Below, one piece after another: positions 28,258-35,703 of a stretch of 36,420 bases of DNA. Both the position numbers and the translations under genes were made by a program. Source of the stretch: Pseudomonadota bacterium (lineage in GTDB: Bacteria > Pseudomonadota > Alphaproteobacteria > Rhizobiales > Hyphomicrobiaceae). The stretch covers positions 1-36,420 of the forward strand of contig JBFMEX010000044.1 in the NCBI GenBank assembly GCA_040752215.1, read 5' to 3'. The notes beneath the pieces were generated by a model. That model did not search any database and had not been told where the DNA came from. It saw only the letters and a program-made list of their open reading frames with translations. The first letter of the stretch is position 1. The number at the start of each line of letters is the position of its first letter.

Positions 28258-29586
28258 CTAAAGCTGCTCGACCTTCTTGTTGAAGCCCTCGGCGACGATG
28301 CCCGCATACCAGCCCACGCTCTCCTTGAACGACTTGGCGCGGGTCTTGGCGTCGTCCTCGACCTTGGAGACGAACGAGCCGACCGCGGCGACCGCCGTGC
28401 CCTTGGGCGCATAGCTCGCCCCGACCTTGACGCTGTTGTCGGGGCCGAGCAGCGACCAGCAGGTATTGCGATAGCGCGGTGGATACTTCGGCTTTCCCGC
28501 CAGCGTGGCCTCCAGGTCGTTGGAGACGGACTTGGACTGGCTGTTGGCCGAGAACGCGGACTTCGGCATCTCACCGGCGGCGGAGGCGTCGCCGATGACG
28601 TAGATATCGGCCACCTGCATCGAGGCGAAGTTCTCGGGATTGATCGGGCACCAGTCGCCCGAGGCGCATCCGGCCATGGCGGCAATCGCGCCGGCCTTCT
28701 GCGGTGGGATGATATTGGCGACGTCCGCTTTGACGCTCAGTCCGGACTTGGTGACGATCTCCTTGCTGGCGGGGTCGACGCGGGCCAGGGAGAAGTCGTC
28801 GATCTCTGTCGTCAGGTGGAAGTCGACGATGCCCGCATAAAGCTCCTTGAAGGCCGCGGTGAACAGCGGCTGCTTCGAGATCGCCTTCTTGGGGTCGAGG
28901 ATCACCAGCTTGGAGCGCGGCTTCGACGTCTTCAAATAGTGCGCGATCATGCACGCACGCTCATAGGGCCCCGGCGGACAGCGAAACGGATTGGGCGGTG
29001 CGGCGAGCACCACCGTGCCGCCATCCGGCATGGCGCGCAGCTGATCGAACAGCAGCTTGGTCTGCTGGCCGCCCTTGTAGGCGTGCGGCATGATCGTCTC
29101 GGCGGCCTCCGAGTAACCGGGGATCGCCTCGTATTTGAAATCGATGCCCGGCGACAGCACGAGCTTGTCGTACGCGACCCTTGTGCCGCCCAGCAGATCG
29201 ACGGTCTTGGCGACGGGATCGACCTTGATGGCGCGATCGTGGACCATGCGGACGCCGAGCGCCGAAAGACCGCTGTAGTCGTGGGTAAGGCTCTCGAGTG
29301 TGCGCAGGCCGCCGAGATAGAGATTGGAGAAGAAGCAGGTCGTGTACCGCTTCTGCACCTCGATCAACGTCACGTCGATCTCCGGCGAGCTACGCCTCAG
29401 AAGATGCGCGAGCGTGCCGCCGCCCGGGCCGCCGCCGACGATCACCACGCGCGGCTTGGCGCCGCTCGATACCGTCGGCGCTGCCACCTGCGCGGCGGCA
29501 CCGGCACCGCCGAGTGCGGAGGAGGCCGCCGCGGCGCCCGCTCCGCCGAGCAACTTGCCGAAGTCGCGCCTGTTCAGCCGGTGCAT
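28258..29586 (-). CDS. flavocytochrome c sulfide dehydrogenase flavoprotein subunit-like (FccB/SoxF-like), Tat-exported
   Basis: A Tat motif (RRDFGKLL), FAD-binding VVIVGGGPGGGTLAHLL, and FCSD-like length and sequence are present. A GAGG RBS lies before the ATG at 29586. Confidence 0.8.
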   Translation of the reverse strand: MHRLNRRDFGKLLGGAGAAAASSALGGAGAAAQVAAPTVSSGAKPRVVIVGGGPGGGTLAHLLRRSSPEIDVTLIEVQKRYTTCFFSNLYLGGLRTLESLTHDYSGLSALGVRMVHDRAIKVDPVAKTVDLLGGTRVAYDKLVLSPGIDFKYEAIPGYSEAAETIMPHAYKGGQQTKLLFDQLRAMPDGGTVVLAAPPNPFRCPPGPYERACMIAHYLKTSKPRSKLVILDPKKAISKQPLFTAAFKELYAGIVDFHLTTEIDDFSLARVDPASKEIVTKSGLSVKADVANIIPPQKAGAIAAMAGCASGDWCPINPENFASMQVADIYVIGDASAAGEMPKSAFSANSQSKSVSNDLEATLAGKPKYPPRYRNTCWSLLGPDNSVKVGASYAPKGTAVAAVGSFVSKVEDDAKTRAKSFKESVGWYAGIVAEGFNKKVEQL

Positions 29587-29836
29587 GGATTGACCTCGTC
29601 GTCACGAGCCTCGGGGGCGTGGCCTGAAGAAGAACAGCCGGCCGGATGCGGGTAGGTCTCTGCGGCGGGTGTCATGCCACCGAGACAAGCTCGCGACGGA
29701 TGCCGCTGCTGGCCGTACGCGGCAGCCCCCCCGCGCAGGCGGGAATCACGGAACGAAGCGCGCCGCGCACCGACGAAATGGGAGATCGGCGTGCTGGACG
29801 CCGCCGAATACGGTTCGAAGCTTTCGGGCGCCGGTG

Positions 29837-31246
29837 TCATGGCAGCTCCGAAAGGCGGCGCTCGGCCTCGCCGCCCGCACCGAGTTGGATCGCCTGCTGA
29901 TAGAGGGAACGCGCGCGGGCCGGCTCGGCGGCGGGGCCCATCTCCGGCCGCCACGGCAGGATGTTCGGGTCGTAGGTCGATGCCAACGCCATCGTCGCCA
30001 TTGCGTGACCCCGCTCGGCCCCCCGCTGCAGGAGCAGGCGGGCCTGTGCAATGTCGCCGCGATCGAGCATCTCGCGCGCCCGAATGACCCAGCGGTCGAT
30101 CCGCGCGGCCTCCGCCGTCCCGGCCTCGAGGCGCGCGGCGGGCGGGCGCATCACTTGCGCGGACGAAGCGTCGGACGCCACGCCAGCACTGACGGCGGCC
30201 GTCTGCGTCGGCGGCTTGATGCGGGCCAGATACGTGGCCAGCGCCAGCGTCTCCTCGTCGTTCAAGGACTGAGCGACCGACTGCATGGCCGGGTTGTCCC
30301 GCTTGCCGATCTTGTAGAGGTCCATGGTGTCGAGGAAACGGTCCTTGGTCAGCCCGATCATCAGCGGGATGCCATTGTCCTCGCCATAGAGGCTGTGGCA
30401 GGTCGTGCACTCGCGAACGAGATGCTTGGCCAGCCCGACGAGCTCGGCCTCCGGTTTCTGGCCGCCCGCCGCAGTCGCTGGCGCAGGCTTGGCGGCGGGA
30501 GCGGCGGGGCCCGCGGGCTTCTGGCCGGCGATGAAGTCGGTCCAGGTCTTGGCCGAGCTGGTTGTCGCAGGGGCCGCCGCCGTCTGGGTGCCGGCCGTCG
30601 CCTGCGGCGCGGTCACCGGGGCGGCAGCCACATTGGCGCCCGCGGCGACGGCCGTGCCCGCCGTCGCTGGAGCTGCCAGGGACGCATTCCTCGCCACCTG
30701 CAGCTTCAGCCGGGCCTCGCTTACCGGGGCTCCGTTCTTGTCGACGATGGTGAGAACGATCTCGCGCTCGCCCGATGCGCCGCCGGCTACGATCATGCGC
30801 GCGGCCTCGGCATCCTGCGGTGACACCAGCCACACGCCGTCGCCAACCGGTTGTGCCGCGCTCAACTGCAACCACGGCGGCGCCTTGGTGACGATCACGT
30901 AGCTTTGTGTGACGCGCGCCTGACTGACCAGATCTGTCGGCAACGGCAGGCTGTCGCCCGACGCCACCGGCCTGACGTTGGCCTGGGCAGCCTTGGCCGC
31001 TGGGGGTGCCGCTTGGGCAATGCGCAACACCGACTTCGCAACCCCGGGCCCGGAGACGTCTGCAGCAAAGGCCTCGACCAATCCGACCGCCGGTCTTGCG
31101 GGAGACCCGAGGCCACCATCGGTTGCGACCGCAAAGGCGGGCAGCCCCGAGGCGGCGAGCGAGGCCAGTGCGAGCCAGGCACTGCCGGCTCTCAGCGCGC
31201 AACTCCGCAAATGGCGTCGGGGAAACTCGGCGATCTCAGGCATCAT
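29837..31246 (-). CDS. multidomain periplasmic protein: unknown N-domain, Ala/Pro/Thr-rich linker, c-type cytochrome domain (CxxCH), C-terminal Sel1/TPR-like region
   Basis: The ATGATG at 31246 has GGAG 9 nt upstream. A signal peptide is present (LRAGSAWLALASLAASGLPAFAVAT). The heme motif is ECTTCHSLYGEDN. The C-terminus reads LYQQAIQLGAGGEAERRL. The listed ORF 29837..31411 has an Arg-rich N-terminal extension. Confidence 0.7.
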   Translation of the reverse strand: MMPEIAEFPRRHLRSCALRAGSAWLALASLAASGLPAFAVATDGGLGSPARPAVGLVEAFAADVSGPGVAKSVLRIAQAAPPAAKAAQANVRPVASGDSLPLPTDLVSQARVTQSYVIVTKAPPWLQLSAAQPVGDGVWLVSPQDAEAARMIVAGGASGEREIVLTIVDKNGAPVSEARLKLQVARNASLAAPATAGTAVAAGANVAAAPVTAPQATAGTQTAAAPATTSSAKTWTDFIAGQKPAGPAAPAAKPAPATAAGGQKPEAELVGLAKHLVRECTTCHSLYGEDNGIPLMIGLTKDRFLDTMDLYKIGKRDNPAMQSVAQSLNDEETLALATYLARIKPPTQTAAVSAGVASDASSAQVMRPPAARLEAGTAEAARIDRWVIRAREMLDRGDIAQARLLLQRGAERGHAMATMALASTYDPNILPWRPEMGPAAEPARARSLYQQAIQLGAGGEAERRLSELP

Positions 31247-31319
31247 TCTAAGGCTCCAAGCGGAAATCGTGCTGGCGGTGCGACCGGGAGGCGGCGCGCA
31301 GCCTCGCCCTCTGCGGCTA

Positions 31320-32615
31320 TCACCAAAGTCGCGGCCCCGACGGGGCCGGTGTGCCGGAGGTTGGCGCGGGCACCCGCGCCGGCGGCACGGCCGCACTTGG
31401 TTGCGCGGCACCGGAGCCCTGCGTCCCCATCCACTCCAGGAATTTTTCCAGCATCGCTTGCTCGGCGGCGGCGTCGACCGGGCCGGCGTTGCCTGCTGCC
31501 TTGCGCTGCGCGGCGATGAACTGCTCGATCAATTTCTTTTGCGCGGCGTTGCCGCTGCTGGCGGCCGCACCGGCCGCCCGCGCGCGCTCCGAGGTGTTGG
31601 CCTCGAGCCATTTCTGCGCGACCGGGAACCGCTGCCAGCCCGGCACCTCGGACAGCAGATTGACCTCGCGCCATTTGGGATGTCGAGGCGCTCGGCGCAG
31701 CTCCTGGAACTTGGCGAAGAACGCTTCGGTGAATTGCGCCAGGCGGCGGTGGCGATCGTGGCTTTCCGGCCAGTTGTATGCGGCCAGAATGGCTGGAACG
31801 GCGATCGACTCGACCGGCTCGCCCGGGTGGATCAGCGCCGGATAGTCCTCGCTCGTCAGACTGGTCGGCAGATAGTCCTTCTCCAATGCCTCCTCGAACG
31901 GGATCGACAGCAGCTTGTACGTGCCGTCCTCGTTGCGCAGCCGCGCCAGCAGGTCGGATGGTTTGCCGGTCAGCAGCACGGTGGCCGCGATGTCGCCGGC
32001 CTTGATCGCATGCAGTGCATCGGCCTGCGGCAGACTGACCGACCTCACGTTGACGCCGAGCGCCTCGAAGACGAGCCGTGCGCTGAGCTCCGTGCCGCTG
32101 CCCTGCTCGCCGAAGTTGACCGTCTTGCCTGCCAGGTCGGCGATCCCGCCCACATCCGAGCGCGCGACGATGTGGACTTCTTCGTTGTAGAGCTTGGTGA
32201 TGTAGACGAGCCTGTTCTCGATGCCGGCCCCGAGCTCGCCGGTCTTCTTGAAATATGCGAGAACATTTGCCTGGGTGATGCCGAGGTCGATGTTGCGCAG
32301 GTTGAGCACGTCGCGGACGTTCTGCGCCGCGCCCTTTCCGACCAGCGCCAGCACACGGAAGTTGTTCCCGTCGTCGAGCACATTGGTGAGATCCTCGGCG
32401 ATCGCCAGCGAGGCGCTGTCCGACTTGCCCGCGACGATGCCGACGGTGTTCTGATTGACGCGCTCTTTGGTGGCGGCTTCTTGGGGCGTTGCCGTGCGCC
32501 GCTGTTGCGCATACGCACCAAAGCTCAGCATGAAGAAAAGCAGCAGCACGGATAGAGGCACAACTGCTACATTCAACGCCCGGCAAAAGGCATCCCTGCG
32601 CCACTCGGTACGCAT
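31320..32615 (-). CDS. TAXI-family solute-binding-like protein with long Ala/Gln/Pro-rich C-terminal extension; no adjacent TRAP permease
   Basis: A signal peptide is present (VAVVPLSVLLLFFMLSFGAYAQ). The segment GKTVNFGEQGSGTELSARLVFEALGV parallels GKSLSVGAPKSGTELNARAILKAAGL in the bona fide TAXI protein at 14817. Confidence 0.65.
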   Translation of the reverse strand: MRTEWRRDAFCRALNVAVVPLSVLLLFFMLSFGAYAQQRRTATPQEAATKERVNQNTVGIVAGKSDSASLAIAEDLTNVLDDGNNFRVLALVGKGAAQNVRDVLNLRNIDLGITQANVLAYFKKTGELGAGIENRLVYITKLYNEEVHIVARSDVGGIADLAGKTVNFGEQGSGTELSARLVFEALGVNVRSVSLPQADALHAIKAGDIAATVLLTGKPSDLLARLRNEDGTYKLLSIPFEEALEKDYLPTSLTSEDYPALIHPGEPVESIAVPAILAAYNWPESHDRHRRLAQFTEAFFAKFQELRRAPRHPKWREVNLLSEVPGWQRFPVAQKWLEANTSERARAAGAAASSGNAAQKKLIEQFIAAQRKAAGNAGPVDAAAEQAMLEKFLEWMGTQGSGAAQPSAAVPPARVPAPTSGTPAPSGPRLW

Positions 32616-32923
32616 TACGTACTCCTGAACTTACTCGTGACCCCCAACTCTCGGAAATCGCATCAACAATGCATCGAAGCCACGCTACTCTAGGGACCCC
32701 GTACCACAACCGCAAGTATTTGTGGTCCCACTGCGGCAAAGCCGCTGGCAACGACGGCGACACACTATAGTGCTCCAACAGTCGCACAACGGCAGAGCCG
32801 CGCGGCAATTTTGCGGCGAGCATGACCCATGGGCGACACAGCCGAAGGGATGGTCGCAGCCCGCACCAATCAGGCCCAACCGGATTGCTTGGGGCGCATT
32901 GCCGACCCCTCGTCGAGCGGCGG

Positions 32924-34087
32924 CTACACCGCCTCGAACAGTGCCGCGAGGCCCATCCCGCCCAAGGCGCCGAGCGCGGCGACGCCGTGGTGGGGCCCGC
33001 CCGCATCGGCAGGGTGGCGGACCATGTGCGAGAAGAGGCGCACCACCAGCACCGCACCTGCTGCGCCGAGCGGTTGGCCGCGAACCAGCGCGCCACCCTC
33101 CGGGTTCAAATGGTCGTCATCGATGCCGAGGTCGGCGCCGAACGCGATCGCCTGCGCGGCCGAGCTCTCGCCGAGTTCGTAGACGCCGATGTCCTTCGGG
33201 TTGAAGCCATTGAGCCGGCGGTAGAGCTTCTTCATCGCCTCGATCGGCGCGCCCGCCTCGCGCCCTGGCCCGACGCCCTGCGCCGCGCTGGCGACGAGCC
33301 GCATCGCTCGCGGCCGGCCGATCTCGTTCCACACTTTCTCCGACACGACGACAACGAACGCCGCGCCGTCGTGCATGGCCGCCGTGTTGCCGGGCGTCAG
33401 CCGGCCATCGGGCGGCAGGAACGGTGCCAGCCGCGACAGATCCTCGAGCGTCGGCTCGACCGCGCTCTGGTCCCGCATCTCCTCCGGGTTGGCGCGAATG
33501 GGCACGATCTCGCCGATGAAGCGGCGCGCCTCACGGGCGGCAGTCGCCCGCAGATGCGAGCGCGCCGCCCAGGCGTCTTGCTGGGCGCGCGTAATGCCGA
33601 GCCGACCAGCCAGCTCCTCGGTCGCCGCGTGCGCCTCGACGTCATCGCCACTCTCCTCCGCTCCCGGCTCGACGCCGATGAAATGCGGGGTCTGGTAGAG
33701 GCTCTTCGGCTTGGCGATCCGCCACGGCGCGGTCGAGAGCGATTCCGCCCCGCCGGCGACGATCACCTCGGCGTCGCCGGCCGCAATCGCGCGGATGGCG
33801 GCGAGGATCGCATCGAGCCCCGAGCCGCACTGGCGGTCGATCGTCGCCGCCGACACGGTTTCCGGGAGACCCGCAGCCAAGGCGATGATGCGGGCCGGGT
33901 TGCCGCCCTGGGTGGCGTTGCCGACGATCAGCTCGTCGACGCGAGCCGGCGCGACGCGGCTGTCGGCCAGCACCGCACCTACCACCGGGGCTGCCAGCTC
34001 CTCGAGCCGGCGTTGCCGATGCAGCCCGCCCACACGGCCGAGCGCCGTCCGCCTCGCTGCCACGATATACGCCGACGCCGGAACCAT
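32924..34087 (-). CDS. thiolase-like protein with degenerate catalytic tetrad
   Basis: The thiolase fold retains the nucleophile context (IDRQCGSGLDA). NEAF is replaced by GESS, GHP by GQP, and the C-terminal CxGGG Cys is absent (ALGALGGMG). The start is taken at MVPASAYIVAARRTALG (34087). Confidence 0.75.
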   Translation of the reverse strand: MVPASAYIVAARRTALGRVGGLHRQRRLEELAAPVVGAVLADSRVAPARVDELIVGNATQGGNPARIIALAAGLPETVSAATIDRQCGSGLDAILAAIRAIAAGDAEVIVAGGAESLSTAPWRIAKPKSLYQTPHFIGVEPGAEESGDDVEAHAATEELAGRLGITRAQQDAWAARSHLRATAAREARRFIGEIVPIRANPEEMRDQSAVEPTLEDLSRLAPFLPPDGRLTPGNTAAMHDGAAFVVVVSEKVWNEIGRPRAMRLVASAAQGVGPGREAGAPIEAMKKLYRRLNGFNPKDIGVYELGESSAAQAIAFGADLGIDDDHLNPEGGALVRGQPLGAAGAVLVVRLFSHMVRHPADAGGPHHGVAALGALGGMGLAALFEAV

Positions 34088-34309
34088 GACGCGAGCCCGC
34101 TCTTGTGGGAATTGCCGACAGGAAACCCGCCGGCGGCCGGTATTCGACCGGACCGCCGCACGCGGAGTGCTTTGAACCGACCACAGGAAGGTGGCGAAAA
34201 GCGGATCGACCGCCGGGACTTGCGAGGCCACGGCCGGAATCTCCGCTCGTGGGTATCACTTGTCCGGAGCTGTGCTATAGCAGCCGCGAGCCCGGAGTTG
34301 CCCCTGCCG

Positions 34310-34831
34310 ATGTCCAAGCCGCCGACCAGAGCCTCGACGCCCCCCCGCGCGCGCAACGCGAGCGACCGCGTGGCCCAGTACGTCGAGCGCGCCCGCCACG
34401 CCTTCGAGGAACGCAACCTGCGCTTCACCGGGCTGCGCGAGCAGGTGTTCGCCGAGATCGCCGCCGTGCACGGCTCGATCGGCGCCTACGAAATACTCGA
34501 TCGCCTCGCCGACAAGGGAACGCGGCTGGCGCCGATCTCCGTCTACCGTTCTATCGACGCGCTGCTGGACGCCGGCGTGATCCATCGCCTTGAGAGCAAG
34601 AACGCCTACTTCGCCTGCCGCCGCCACGAACACGCCAAGGACGGCCGGCCGATCTTCCTCGTCTGCGAGCTCTGCGGCGGCGTCGCCGAGGTGCCGGCGC
34701 AGGCCGTGTTCGACCAGATCAATGAGACCGCGCGCGGCGCCGGCTTCGAGGCCAAGGTCAAGTTCGTCGAGGTGTCGGGCACCTGTGCCAAGTGCGCCCG
34801 CAAGAAGGTGGCGTCGGAGGCCCGCCGTTGA
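34310..34831 (+). CDS. zur: Fur-family zinc uptake regulator
   Basis: A Fur fold with metal sites is present (HEH...CELCG...CAKC). The ATG lies at 34310. The gene is followed by znuCB. Confidence 0.85.
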   Translation: MSKPPTRASTPPRARNASDRVAQYVERARHAFEERNLRFTGLREQVFAEIAAVHGSIGAYEILDRLADKGTRLAPISVYRSIDALLDAGVIHRLESKNAYFACRRHEHAKDGRPIFLVCELCGGVAEVPAQAVFDQINETARGAGFEAKVKFVEVSGTCAKCARKKVASEARR

Positions 34832-35703
34832 CCGCGTCATCACCTGAGCCCGACCTGCCCCATCACCATCACGACGGCTGCTGCGGCCACGACCATGGCC
34901 CCGGCGGCCACGCCCCGTTCGACCCCACCGCGCTGATCGGCGCCCGCGGCCTGCGCCTTGCCCGCTCCGGCCGCGCGCTGCTGATGGGCGTCGCCATCGA
35001 CGTGCATGCCGGCGAGATCGTCACCCTGATCGGCCCCAATGGCGCCGGCAAGACGACGCTGGTGCGCGTGCTCCTGGGGCTCGAGACGCCGGACCAAGGC
35101 GGCGTGCAACGAAAGGCTGGCCTCGTCGTCGGCTACGTACCGCAGCGCTTCGACATCGACCGCGCGCTGCCGCTCTCCGTCGACCGTTTCCTCTCGCTCG
35201 GCACCGCGGCGCCGGCCAAGGCACGCGCCGCCGCACTGGCCGAGGTCGGTGCTGCCGACACGCGAGACCGCCAGCTGTCCCAGCTTTCGGGAGGAGAGCT
35301 GCAACGGGTCATGCTGGCGCGCGCATTGCTCCGCGATCCGGGCCTCCTGGTGCTCGACGAGCCGGCGCGCGGCGTCGACTACACCGGCGAGGCCGAGCTC
35401 TACACCATGATCGGCCGGCTCAGGCGCGAGCGCGGGCTCGGAATTCTGCTCGTTTCGCACGACCTGCACGTCGTCATGGCGCAGAGCGATCGCGTAGTAT
35501 GCATCAACCGCCACGTCTGCTGTGAGGGCCGCCCCGTCGCCGTCGCCAATCATCCCGAGTACGTTCGCCTGTTCGGCGCCAAGGCGGCGGCGGCGTTCGC
35601 GCTCTACGAGCACCACCACGATCACCGCCACGGCCTCGCCGGCGAGCCGCTGCCGGAGCCGGACCCCGCAGCGGCGCCGAGACCGGCCGGAGAGGACCGA
35701 TGA
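34828..35703 (+). CDS. znuC: zinc ABC transporter ATP-binding protein with His/Cys-rich N- and C-terminal extensions
   Basis: The protein has a Walker A (GPNGAGKTTL), the ABC signature LSGGELQRV and a Walker B (LLVLDEP). The start is ambiguous. Option one is a TTG at 34828 overlapping the zur stop (TTGA); option two is an ATG at 34792 inside zur. The N-terminus reads PHHHHDGCCGHDHGPGGH and the C-terminus YEHHHDHRHG. Confidence 0.85.
   Translation: MTASSPEPDLPHHHHDGCCGHDHGPGGHAPFDPTALIGARGLRLARSGRALLMGVAIDVHAGEIVTLIGPNGAGKTTLVRVLLGLETPDQGGVQRKAGLVVGYVPQRFDIDRALPLSVDRFLSLGTAAPAKARAAALAEVGAADTRDRQLSQLSGGELQRVMLARALLRDPGLLVLDEPARGVDYTGEAELYTMIGRLRRERGLGILLVSHDLHVVMAQSDRVVCINRHVCCEGRPVAVANHPEYVRLFGAKAAAAFALYEHHHDHRHGLAGEPLPEPDPAAAPRPAGEDR

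Noticed and set aside
29574-34831. ORFs 29574..31202 (-, 542 aa), 29669..30823 (+), 30978..32555 (+, 525 aa), 31243..33096 (-, 617 aa), 32822..34831 (+, 669 aa) and 33642..34259 (-)
   Set aside because: These are alternative frames spanning multiple real genes. Only the C-terminal 173 aa of 32822..34831 is genuine (Zur). The others are Arg/Gly-rich and motif-free.
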